Sequence record: CP060166.1
Reading direction: 5' to 3' (one strand)
Length of the DNA stretch: 64,000 bases
Source: a plasmid
Below, in pieces: positions 21,489 through 31,591 of this stretch. The position numbers and the translations under genes were made by a program. Under the pieces are notes generated by a model. It saw only the letters and a program-made list of their open reading frames with translations. It did no database searches and had not been told where the DNA came from. Every line of letters starts with the position of its first letter. Position 1 is the first letter of the stretch.

Positions 21489-22308
21489 GGCACTGTTGCA
21501 AAGTTAGCGATGAGGCAGCCTTTTGTCTTATTCAAAGGCCTTACATTTCAAAAACTCTGCTTACCAGGCGCATTTCGCCCAGGGGATCACCATAATAAAA
21601 TGCTGAGGCCTGGCCTTTGCGTAGTGCACGCATCACCTCAATACCTTTGATGGTGGCGTAAGCCGTCTTCATGGATTTAAATCCCAGCGTGGCGCCGATT
21701 ATCCGTTTCAGTTTGCCATGATCGCATTCAATCACGTTGTTCCGGTACTTAATCTGTCGGTGTTCAACGTCAGACGGGCACCGGCCTTCGCGTTTGAGCA
21801 GAGCAAGCGCGCGACCATAGGCGGGCGCTTTATCCGTGTTGATGAATCGCGGGATCTGCCACTTCTTCACGTTGTTGAGGATTTTACCCAGAAACCGGTA
21901 TGCAGCTTTGCTGTTACGACGGGAGGAGAGATAAAAATCGACAGTGCGGCCCCGGCTGTCGACGGCCCGGTACAGATACGCCCAGCGGCCATTGACCTTC
22001 ACGTAGGTTTCATCCATGTGCCACGGGCAAAGATCGGAAGGGTTACGCCAGTACCAGCGCAGCCGTTTTTCCATTTCAGGCGCATAACGCTGAACCCAGC
22101 GGTAAATCGTGGAGTGATCGACATTCACTCCGCGTTCAGCCAGCATCTCCTGCAGCTCACGGTAACTGATGCCGTATTTGCAGTACCAGCGTACGGCCCA
22201 CAGAATGATGTCACGCTGAAAATGCCGGCCTTTGAATGGGTTCATGTGCAGCTCCATCAGCAAAAGGGGATGATAAGTTTATCACCACCGACTATTTGCA
22301 ACAGTGCC
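21489..22308 (-). mobile_element. IS26 copy 2 (820 bp, inverted relative to copies 1 and 3)
   Basis: GGCACTGTTGCAAA at 21489-21502, TTTGCAACAGTGCC at 22295-22308, Tnp26 ORF on the minus strand. Confidence 0.95.
21541..22245 (-). CDS. tnpA: IS26 transposase Tnp26
   Basis: Identical 234-aa Tnp26 sequence (track ORF 21541-22263 with extension). Confidence 0.95.
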   Translation of the reverse strand: MNPFKGRHFQRDIILWAVRWYCKYGISYRELQEMLAERGVNVDHSTIYRWVQRYAPEMEKRLRWYWRNPSDLCPWHMDETYVKVNGRWAYLYRAVDSRGRTVDFYLSSRRNSKAAYRFLGKILNNVKKWQIPRFINTDKAPAYGRALALLKREGRCPSDVEHRQIKYRNNVIECDHGKLKRIIGATLGFKSMKTAYATIKGIEVMRALRKGQASAFYYGDPLGEMRLVSRVFEM

Positions 22309-22408
22309 ATATCAAGCGACTTCTCCTATCCCCTGGGAACACATCAATCTCACCGGAGAATATCGCTGGCCAAAGCCTTAGCGTAGGATTCCGCCCCTTC
22401 CCGCAAAC
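22309..22408. repeat. second Tn5393 terminal IR (81 bp plus ~19 bp of internal sequence), cut by IS26
   Basis: Reverse complement reads GGGGTCGTTTGCGGGAAGGGGCGGAATCCTACGCTAAGGCTTTGGCCAGCGATATTCTCCGGTGAGATTGATGTGTTCCCAGGGGATAGGAGAAGTCGCTTGATAT. It differs at ~6 positions from the copy at 17011, consistent with IRL versus IRR of Tn5393. Confidence 0.7.
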
Positions 22409-22693
22409 GACCCCAAACAGGAAACGCAGCTGAAACGGGAAGCTCAACACCCACTGACGCATGGGTTGTTCAGGCAGTACTTCATCAACCAGCAAGGCGG
22501 CACTTTCGGCCATCCGCCGCGCCCCACAGCTCGGGCAGAAACCGCGACGCTTACAGCTGAAAGCGACCAGGTGCTCGGCGTGGCAAGACTCGCAGCGAAC
22601 CCGTAGAAAGCCATGCTCCAGCCGCCCGCATTGGAGAAATTCTTCAAATTCCCGTTGCACATAGCCCGGCAATTCCTTTCCCTGCTCTGCCAT
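22409..22693 (-). pseudogene. second IS91/ISCR-family transposase N-terminal fragment, interrupted by the Tn5393 IR
   Basis: MAEQGKELPGYVQREFEEFLQCGRLEHGFLRVRCESCHAEHLVAFSCKRRGFCPSCGARRMAESAALLVDEVLPEQPMRQWVLSFPFQLRFLF, then the frame reads into the Tn5393 IR. Paralogous to the 9234-9551 fragment. The sul2 linkage suggests an ISCR2-like origin. Confidence 0.5.
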
Positions 22694-22695
22694 AA

Positions 22696-22733
22696 GGGGT
22701 CTGACGCTCAGTGGAACGAAAACTCACGTTAAG
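22696..22733. repeat. Tn3/Tn2 38-bp terminal inverted repeat (bla-proximal IRR)
   Basis: GGGGTCTGACGCTCAGTGGAACGAAAACTCACGTTAAG lies immediately downstream of the blaTEM stop region. Confidence 0.85.
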
Positions 22734-22842
22734 GGATTTTGGTCATGAGATTATCAAAAAGGATCTTCACCTAGATCCTTTTAAATTAAAAATGAAGTTT
22801 TAAATCAATCTAAAGTATATATGAGTAAACTTGGTCTGACAG

Positions 22843-23715
<873 letters not shown>

Positions 23716-23885
23716 TCAATATTATTGAAGCATTTACCAGGGTTATTGTCTCATGAGCGGATACATATTTGAATGTATTTAGAAAAATAAACAAATAGGG
23801 GTTCCGCGCACATTTCCCCGAAAAGTGCCACCTGACGTCTAAGAAACCATTATTATCATGACATTAACCTATAAAAATAGGCGTA

Positions 23886-25044
<1,159 letters not shown>

Positions 25045-25302
25045 GAGTAAGATCCTGATCGCTGGTTGAAACGCGGGCATAGCCGTAAAGTGCCATAATG
25101 GTGAAAACTGTCTCGTTTAACTCTAGATGATGAAAACGTAACACCGGAATGGGATAAAAACAACCCAAATGAGACAGAAAAACTGTCTCACCAGACTGTG
25201 CGTTTTGGGTGTACTCAAAAAATACATTTTCATTCCAGAGAAAATTTAATGAGCTCTTAATGTAATGCGAGGCTGACTGTATTCGGACTCGGACTGCTTC
25301 AG

Positions 25303-26043
25303 TTATACTTCGAAAAACTCAACCTTACCGCCAGTAAGGTGATACATACTGCCAACGATTTTAATTTTCTTCTCATCTTCCAGTTGTTTCAGCACCGGGC
25401 TGTTTTTGCGGATGTTTTCGATAGTCAGCTCGACATTTTTTCGTGCCACCGCATCGACAAAATCATAATTGCTACCTTTACGCTCACCGCTATACTCCGT
25501 TTTTGCAATCGCGGGTTTAATTTCATCCAGCAGCCCCGTCAGGTTACCCAGTTCAGCATTATCAATAGCACAGCGTACTGCGCCACAGCGGGTGTGTCCT
25601 ATAACCAGCACTACTTTCGCGCCGGCAACTGCACAGGCAAACTCCATGCTGCCCAGCATATCGCGATTACTGATATTACCCGCTACGCGGGAATTAAACG
25701 TCTCACCGATCCCCGCATCCAGCACAATTTCCGCCGGCGCACGTGAGTCAATGCAGCTAAGGATCACCGCAGCAGGATACTGACCCGCAATACTGTTGCG
25801 CTTCTGTGCCAGGTAATCATGTTTAGCCGGGCGATTTTCCCGGAAGCGCAGGTTACCCTGTTTAAAATGTTCAATGACTGCATCTGGAGTCATACCGTCA
25901 CGTTCCTCTTTGCTCAGTGATGCGGCGAAAGAGATAGTTGGTACCGATAAGGCCGCCAGCCCGGTGACAGACAAAGCAGATACTGCAAGAGTTTGTTTCA
26001 GTATTGCACGTCGTGAAGGTTGTGCTGGTTGGTTTTGTTCCAT
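25303..26043 (-). CDS. mig-5: beta-class carbonic anhydrase with twin-arginine signal peptide (mig-5-like of Salmonella virulence plasmids)
   Basis: N-terminal SRRAILKQTLAVSALSVTGLAALSVPTISFAASL Tat signal, then beta-CA motifs (SCIDSRAPAE, GHTRCGAV). Confidence 0.8.
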   Translation of the reverse strand: MEQNQPAQPSRRAILKQTLAVSALSVTGLAALSVPTISFAASLSKEERDGMTPDAVIEHFKQGNLRFRENRPAKHDYLAQKRNSIAGQYPAAVILSCIDSRAPAEIVLDAGIGETFNSRVAGNISNRDMLGSMEFACAVAGAKVVLVIGHTRCGAVRCAIDNAELGNLTGLLDEIKPAIAKTEYSGERKGSNYDFVDAVARKNVELTIENIRKNSPVLKQLEDEKKIKIVGSMYHLTGGKVEFFEV

Positions 26044-26217
26044 TATTTGCTCCTATTTACTGAGTTAACTCCAATTGCTGCGATTATACGTAGGTAAACG
26101 TTAATCAAACCAAAACGACAATTTTTAACCAGTATGAATAAATATCTGAGACCAGTCGAACTGGAAAATAGAATGCTGGCAGTCGGTTTGCCGATATGAC
26201 GAAGTTGACTTGCAGTT

Positions 26218-26367
26218 ATTGTGAGCCCGGTGGAATGGATTGCGAGCCGGGCAGGATAAATGCGAGCCCATTGTCACTTAATGTGAGCCGGTGGCATTTT
26301 TCATTTGCAGTTAATGTGAGCCGAAATTTGCGCTGATTGCGAGTCGGGGGGATTTCGATTGCGAGCC
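26218..26367. repeat. array of seven 10-bp direct repeats (A[AT]TG[CT]GAG[CT]C) at ~21-22 bp periodicity (rsk-like locus)
   Basis: ATTGTGAGCC 26218, ATTGCGAGCC 26239, AATGCGAGCC 26259, AATGTGAGCC 26280, AATGTGAGCC 26313, ATTGCGAGTC 26336, ATTGCGAGCC 26358, with a degenerate copy near 26301. No ORF is associated. Confidence 0.6.
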
Positions 26368-26656
26368 GCTACAACTAGGAACTCTGTGTGTTCCGAACTT
26401 CATAAGTCTGGAGCGTTCATCTCATTCTTTGAGTGTCCGTTTGGTAATTCCGGTTGTCGCGTCACAGTTATGATACGGAGAAATCAGGTGTGGCTCTCAG
26501 TCTGGTCTGGCTTGAACGTGGCCATCCCAGAGCCAGTGCTGTTGCTGATGTACTTTCAGCCGCAGGCTTTCCTGATTTCGGGAAGTAGCTCCAGCAACTG
26601 GCCAAAGAACCTTCGCAACGTTGAATAAGCCTGATTTATTTTCACTGACTTATGTG

Positions 26657-26690
26657 ATTAATGCTAATGTACGCATACATTAGCATTAAT
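26657..26690. repeat. 34-bp near-palindrome ATTAATGCTAATGTACGCATACATTAGCATTAAT (left copy)
   Basis: 15-bp arms around a 4-bp centre. An almost identical inverted copy lies at 27199-27230. Confidence 0.75.
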
Positions 26691-26697
26691 CATGCAT

Positions 26698-27186
26698 TTA
26701 ATCCCCTGCGCCTTTCTGTCTGTTCTGATTTTTCTGGTAGTCCTGCTTCACTCTCCCGATATTCTTCAGAACTGTCTGCCAGTGGTCCTCTGCCTGCTGC
26801 CGGTAGCGTTCGGCAACGGCAGCAATAATGTCAGGATCACTGTCATGGCTGCGGTGCATGCGTCCCTTCTGGCCAAAGATATCAACAATAATATTCTGGC
26901 TGCCCTGCCTGTCGAAAAGATGAGCGCACAGGCGCTTTACAACCAGCGGAGTATAGTCCAGCCCGGCCTCATCAGCGATCTGGAAGAAGAAGTACAGCAT
27001 CTCATACGTTTTGTAGCGCTTGACGGCCGCACTGAGTCTGGCTGCCCGTTGTGGTGCTTCCCAGGTGTCATCCCTGTAGTTACACAGTTCTGCCTGGTAG
27101 TCGGATTCCAGGTCTTCCTCTGTATACCGGTGGTGGCGGAAAAAGTATTCCCTGGCCCGTTTGACGACTGATTCATCCTGCGGCAT
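26698..27186 (-). CDS. hypothetical protein (162 aa), exactly bracketed by the two near-palindromes
   Basis: ORF MPQDESVVKRAREYFFRHHRYTEEDLESDYQAELCNYRDDTWEAPQRAARLSAAVKRYKTYEM... has no recognisable domain. Its stop is 8 bp from the left palindrome and its start 13 bp from the right one. Confidence 0.4.
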   Translation of the reverse strand: MPQDESVVKRAREYFFRHHRYTEEDLESDYQAELCNYRDDTWEAPQRAARLSAAVKRYKTYEMLYFFFQIADEAGLDYTPLVVKRLCAHLFDRQGSQNIIVDIFGQKGRMHRSHDSDPDIIAAVAERYRQQAEDHWQTVLKNIGRVKQDYQKNQNRQKGAGD

Positions 27187-27198
27187 GTCTGTCTCTGG

Positions 27199-27230
27199 TT
27201 AATGCTAACGTATGCGTACATTAGCATTAA
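27199..27230. repeat. 32-bp near-palindrome TTAATGCTAACGTATGCGTACATTAGCATTAA (right copy, inverted relative to 26659-26690, 1 mismatch)
   Basis: The reverse complement differs from the left copy at a single position. It lies ~215 bp upstream of tlpA and directly upstream of the minus-strand 162-aa ORF. Confidence 0.75.
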
Positions 27231-27444
27231 CACCAGTACCTGGCAAGGAGAGTGGCGTGCATCGTACCTGTGGTGCATCCCGCCCGGGCTCCGGACATGC
27301 TGTGCCAGCAATTCGACCGGCGGTGCGCTGTCCTGGTGCCCTTTTTCGCTACCCTGTCACGTCTTTAATTTGTTTGTTAGTTAGTTTATTTGTTGGTTTG
27401 TTTGTGTATAATATAAGCATACCCCTTTATGCGGAGACTGACAG

Positions 27445-28560
27445 ATGCGTCCGGCGACATACGAACCAGAACAGATTATTGAAGCAGGGCTGGCCCTGCA
27501 GGCTGAAGGACGGAATATCACCGGGTTCGCACTACGTAACCAGGTGGGTGGCGGCAATCCGACACGTCTCCGCCAGATATGGGACGAATACCAGGCTTCA
27601 CAGAGCACGGTCGTCACTGAACCCGTTGCCGAGCTGCCAGTGGAAGTGGCTGAAGAAGTGAAGGCCGTCTCCGCCGCGCTGTCCGAACGCATCACCCAGC
27701 TGGCGACAGAACTGAATGACAAGGCGGTCCGGGCTGCAGAACGCCGGGTTGCGGAAGTCACGCGTGCTGCCGGTGAACAGACCGCACAGGCAGAGCGGGA
27801 GCTGGCCGACGCCGCGCAGACAGTCGACGACCTGGAAGAAAAACTGGATGAACTGCAGGACAGATATGACAGTTTGACGCTGGCGCTGGAGTCAGAACGT
27901 TCACTGCGTCAGCAGCATGATGTGGAGATGGCCCAGCTGAAAGAGCGTCTTGCGGCCGCTGAAGAGAATACCCGTCAGCGAGAGGAACGGTATCAGGAGC
28001 AGAAGACAGTGCTGCAGGATGCGCTTAATGCGGAGCAGGCACAGCACAAAAACACGCGGGAAGACCTGCAGAAACGACTGGAGCAAATTTCTGCCGAAGC
28101 TAATGCGCGTACAGAAGAACTGAAGTCTGAACGCGATAAAGTCAATACTCTCCTTACCCGCCTTGAATCGCAGGAAAATGCGCTGGCCTCAGAACGTCAG
28201 CAGCATCTGGCCACCCGCGAAACGCTGCAGCAACGCCTCGAGCAGGCCATCGCTGACACGCAGGCGCGCGCCGGTGAGATTGCACTTGAACGTGACAGAG
28301 TCAGCAGCCTCACCGCAAGGCTGGAATCGCAGGAAAAGGCCTCCTCGGAGCAACTGGTGCGTATGGGCAGTGAAATAGCCAGTCTGACAGAGCGTTGCAC
28401 ACAGCTGGAAAACCAGCGTGATGATGCCCGTCTGGAGACGATGGGGGAGAAAGAAACGGTCGCGGCACTGCGTGGTGAGGCTGAAGCCCTGAAGCGTCAG
28501 AACCAGTCACTGATGGCGGCGCTTTCAGGCAATAAACAGACCGGTGGCCAGAATGCGTGA
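27445..28560 (+). CDS. tlpA: TlpA-like alpha-helical coiled-coil protein (371 aa; temperature-sensing autorepressor of Salmonella virulence plasmids)
   Basis: Almost entirely heptad-repeat coiled coil, rich in E/R/Q/L/A (…LESQENALASERQQHLATRETLQQRLEQ… repeated twice). The size and composition match TlpA. Confidence 0.8.
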   Translation: MRPATYEPEQIIEAGLALQAEGRNITGFALRNQVGGGNPTRLRQIWDEYQASQSTVVTEPVAELPVEVAEEVKAVSAALSERITQLATELNDKAVRAAERRVAEVTRAAGEQTAQAERELADAAQTVDDLEEKLDELQDRYDSLTLALESERSLRQQHDVEMAQLKERLAAAEENTRQREERYQEQKTVLQDALNAEQAQHKNTREDLQKRLEQISAEANARTEELKSERDKVNTLLTRLESQENALASERQQHLATRETLQQRLEQAIADTQARAGEIALERDRVSSLTARLESQEKASSEQLVRMGSEIASLTERCTQLENQRDDARLETMGEKETVAALRGEAEALKRQNQSLMAALSGNKQTGGQNA

Positions 28561-28645
28561 TGATGACAATTCAGACGCCTGTGATGAAGCGCCCCGGGCG
28601 GAGGATAAATGCTACACCAAAGGGCGGCTTCGGGATGAGTTCAGG

Positions 28646-29191
28646 ATGAAGCCAGCCCCTGGTGCGGAACCGGTCAGAATGTACAAAAGTCCTTACGGCG
28701 GGAAATACGGCGTATGGCGGCTGGCTGACTGCGTCCCGATGCGGGCGAAACGCCCTCAGACAGAAAAACAGCGGCTGGCCAGCACACGTCTGGGCCTGCA
28801 GGCCCGGATGAAGAGTGAGCGTGGCAGGTTCGCCATGCTGGCACATACCTGGTTAGCACTGGGCCCCGTCTTCCTCGATACCGAAACGACCGGACTTGAT
28901 GCCGGCGCGCAGGCGCTGGAAATCGGTCTGGTGAATGCCCGCGGTGAGAGGATATTTGAGACCCGCCTGAAACCCACAGTCGGCATCGATCCGGCAGCAG
29001 CTGCAGTACAAATCGTTACGGAACCATATCGCTTTCCGGTGCTGTCAGTCAGGCTGGCCTGAGCTGGATCGGGGTGGCTCATTCCGCCGTCACTGACGCC
29101 GTTATGACAGCACAGGTGGTAAACAATATTGCCGGATACTGGCATGAACTCCAGTGTGAAATGAATGATGACGCAGGGAGTGAGCCAGCAT
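28646..29191 (+). pseudogene. DnaQ-like (DEDD) 3'-5' exonuclease remnant, frameshifted/internally deleted
   Basis: Exo I motif FLDTETTGLD sits in the frame of ORF 28544-29062. An Exo III-like motif GVAHSAVTDAVMTAQVV sits in a different frame after ~28985. The two motifs are only ~70 codons apart and no Exo II motif is present. Confidence 0.4.
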
Positions 29192-29581
29192 AACGCTGCT
29201 CTCTGGCTGGTCAGACAGTTGCAGGGATTAATTCAGGAGTCTGAAATGGAGAATATGTTGAAAACTATGCGTGAGCATTTCCCCGTTCGAACAGTGGTGA
29301 TCGAACAGTCTCTGGATATGTTTGGTGTCAAACGAAATGAGGACGGGACGTTACTCTTCCCCCGTCACTCCGATAAACGTTTTCCCGTTGCACGTATCCG
29401 TAAGCGACTGGCGGCTTATGGCTGGCGAGGAGAACGCCTGAATAAGGAGGTGGCGCGAATCGTCGCGGGCCCTGATATCCTCCCTGAGAGGAGGGACTAC
29501 AGCATTATTTTCCCTTACGGATGGGAGAAGAAGCAGCTGACGCGTGAGATGCGGCGAATGTTTCTCCGTAAGACGGGCTGA
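29165..29581 (+). CDS. hypothetical protein (138 aa; an internal Met at 29246 is possible)
   Basis: ORF with no recognisable motif. It forms a same-strand pair with the next ORF. Confidence 0.3.
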   Translation: MMTQGVSQHNAALWLVRQLQGLIQESEMENMLKTMREHFPVRTVVIEQSLDMFGVKRNEDGTLLFPRHSDKRFPVARIRKRLAAYGWRGERLNKEVARIVAGPDILPERRDYSIIFPYGWEKKQLTREMRRMFLRKTG

Positions 29582-29637
29582 CGTGTGCTGATTATGCCTG
29601 ATGAATTACATCATTTTTCTGACTTGCGGGAGAAGCC

Positions 29638-30204
29638 GTGACATTGACAGAAAAATCAGGTCATCTGGCGTGGTGTGCCCTGGTGGCGCTTGCGCTGGCC
29701 AGGCAGGATGGTGGCGTTCTCTCGCCGGCACAGGAAAACCTCTTTCTCACCCGCTGGCTGGCGACTGCGCTGAAGCAACGGCGTTTTTCTCGTGATGTGA
29801 CGCCCGATATCGAGTGGCTTTTGAAACAGGGACGTCAGATGGGCGTCAGCGCCAAGCTGGCCAGCAAGCTGAATTACCTCTGGCGTTCATGCACCGGTGA
29901 GTTGTCCGAGCAGAACGACCTGTTCCGGCTGACGTATGCTCTGGAAACAGCGAAAGATATGCACTGGAACTACCGTCTGCTGAGCGATCGGGAATGGTCC
30001 GGCCGGAATGCTGTGGCGCTCAGTGCAGGCGTGAACGGCATTTATCTCTCACGGGCCAAACTCGATGTCGGTTTTAACGACAGCGGCCGACAGATAAATT
30101 CGCTGACAGCACGTTTGACAGGGAACGTAGCGGGGGTAATGAAGCTGTTTGATCGCTGTGGCTGGCAGAGCCTGATGCCTCCCTGCCCCACCAGTATTCG
30201 CTGA
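29638..30204 (+). CDS. hypothetical protein (188 aa)
   Basis: ORF with an N-terminal hydrophobic/signal-like segment (LAWCALVALALA). No recognisable domain. Confidence 0.35.
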   Translation: MTLTEKSGHLAWCALVALALARQDGGVLSPAQENLFLTRWLATALKQRRFSRDVTPDIEWLLKQGRQMGVSAKLASKLNYLWRSCTGELSEQNDLFRLTYALETAKDMHWNYRLLSDREWSGRNAVALSAGVNGIYLSRAKLDVGFNDSGRQINSLTARLTGNVAGVMKLFDRCGWQSLMPPCPTSIR

Positions 30205-30235
30205 TGGCCGGGCAGGGAGTGCCAGAAAAGGGGGA

Positions 30236-31177
30236 TTAGTGGCGGATCTGCGCTAGGTCGTCTTCAGTCAGACCGGTCATTTTCATGACGGTATTGCGGT
30301 CAATGCAGTTCTGGAGCATGGTACGGGCTATTTTCAGAGTCGCTTCGCGCTCCCCTTCTGAACGGCCTTTTTCGATACCACGTTGTTCACCGAGCTGAAT
30401 CCCCTTCTCGATGCCCTTCTGTTCGAGCTGTTGTGCGATGGTCATAAGTGCGTCTCCGTGTTGCGGCACACGCTGTGCCAGTTCGCGTACAAAGGCTTCG
30501 GCGTCCGATGTTTCGCCTGCCTGCACTATATAGTGTACCAGCGATATTACCTGCGATGAAGACAGATATCCGGCCAGCAAAATGGGCGCCAGCCGGTCAA
30601 CCAATTCTGCCAGGTCCCGCTGATGAATATGTTTCTGCAATAAAGTCAGGGCGGCCATGCTACGGTGGCCGGCGATTTCATCATCCGGAATGACCGTAAC
30701 GTCTACCAGCGGGAAAGCACTGCTGTAGAGTTTGTCTGCCAGAGCCGTATCGTCAAATTCGTCCAGCCAGCGGGTGGAGTATGGATACGGGCTGCGTTTC
30801 CCCGTATAGAACAACACTGGTATCACCAGTGGCAGTTTTTTATGCCCTGCCTCCAGGTGGCGCTGCATGGCGGCCACCGCATAGCGTATCAGGCGGAAAG
30901 CCATATGTTTGTCAGGTGTTGACTGGTGTTCAACCAGGACATGAATATATCCGTCGCCGGCTGTGGTTTTCAGGCTGTAGAGGACGTCGCTGAAATACTG
31001 GCGGAGATCATCCTCAACAAACGAGCCGGATTCCAGTTTCAGTGTACTGAGATCGCAGATGGCACGCAGCTCTGCCGGCAGATGCAGCTCCATAAAATCC
31101 CGGGCAATGTCAGGTTGTGTCAGAAACTGCCGGAATGTCGCGTCGTGGGGAGTCGGCGTAGTGTTTTTCTTTTTCAT
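30236..31177 (-). CDS. Rpn-family recombination-promoting nuclease / YhgA-like putative transposase (PDDEXK_7), 313 aa
   Basis: N-terminal HDATFRQFLTQPDIARDFMELHLP..., D-x-EHQS core and a C-terminal repeated QKGIEKGIQLGEQRGIEKG tail typical of the Rpn/YhgA family. Confidence 0.75.
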   Translation of the reverse strand: MKKKNTTPTPHDATFRQFLTQPDIARDFMELHLPAELRAICDLSTLKLESGSFVEDDLRQYFSDVLYSLKTTAGDGYIHVLVEHQSTPDKHMAFRLIRYAVAAMQRHLEAGHKKLPLVIPVLFYTGKRSPYPYSTRWLDEFDDTALADKLYSSAFPLVDVTVIPDDEIAGHRSMAALTLLQKHIHQRDLAELVDRLAPILLAGYLSSSQVISLVHYIVQAGETSDAEAFVRELAQRVPQHGDALMTIAQQLEQKGIEKGIQLGEQRGIEKGRSEGEREATLKIARTMLQNCIDRNTVMKMTGLTEDDLAQIRH

Positions 31178-31591
31178 CAGTCCATGCTCTGAAAAATGAC
31201 CCGGTCATAGTATCACAGGCAAAAAATGTTGACATTGCGAGGAACGGAATTGCAATTCCTTCAGGGGCAGTCCCCTCTTTCTTTTTTAATCATCAGCTTG
31301 CTTGCCCGGAGATATCCATGTCCTGGCAGAAACTGGTACTGCTGAACTATACCCTAATGTGCCTGGCTGACGCGCCCCTTGGGCTTGTCCAACCCTTCGC
31401 CTGCTCAGATGCAAGCTCTGAACAGACTCACGGTTTGCGCTGTGGGTTAACAAAATGATTGTGGATGTAGTGCCCTCTTCTCCATTTAATCTTCGGTGCC
31501 TCCTGTGAGAGCAAAATCAAAATATTATGATTTATTTCTTGCAACATGATTCTTTTTGTTCAAAATGACAAAAAACATCATGAGGTGATAA

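Noticed and set aside
20673-21650. 325-aa + strand ORF and other long antisense ORFs within repA/repC (e.g. 20153-20551, 20254-20544)
   Set aside because: They are antisense to conserved RSF1010 replication genes in 65% GC DNA, with no supporting features.
26218-26367. Possible CRISPR array
   Set aside because: The repeats are only 10 bp with ~11-bp intervening sequence and there are no cas genes. This fits iteron/rsk-type protein-binding repeats, not CRISPR.
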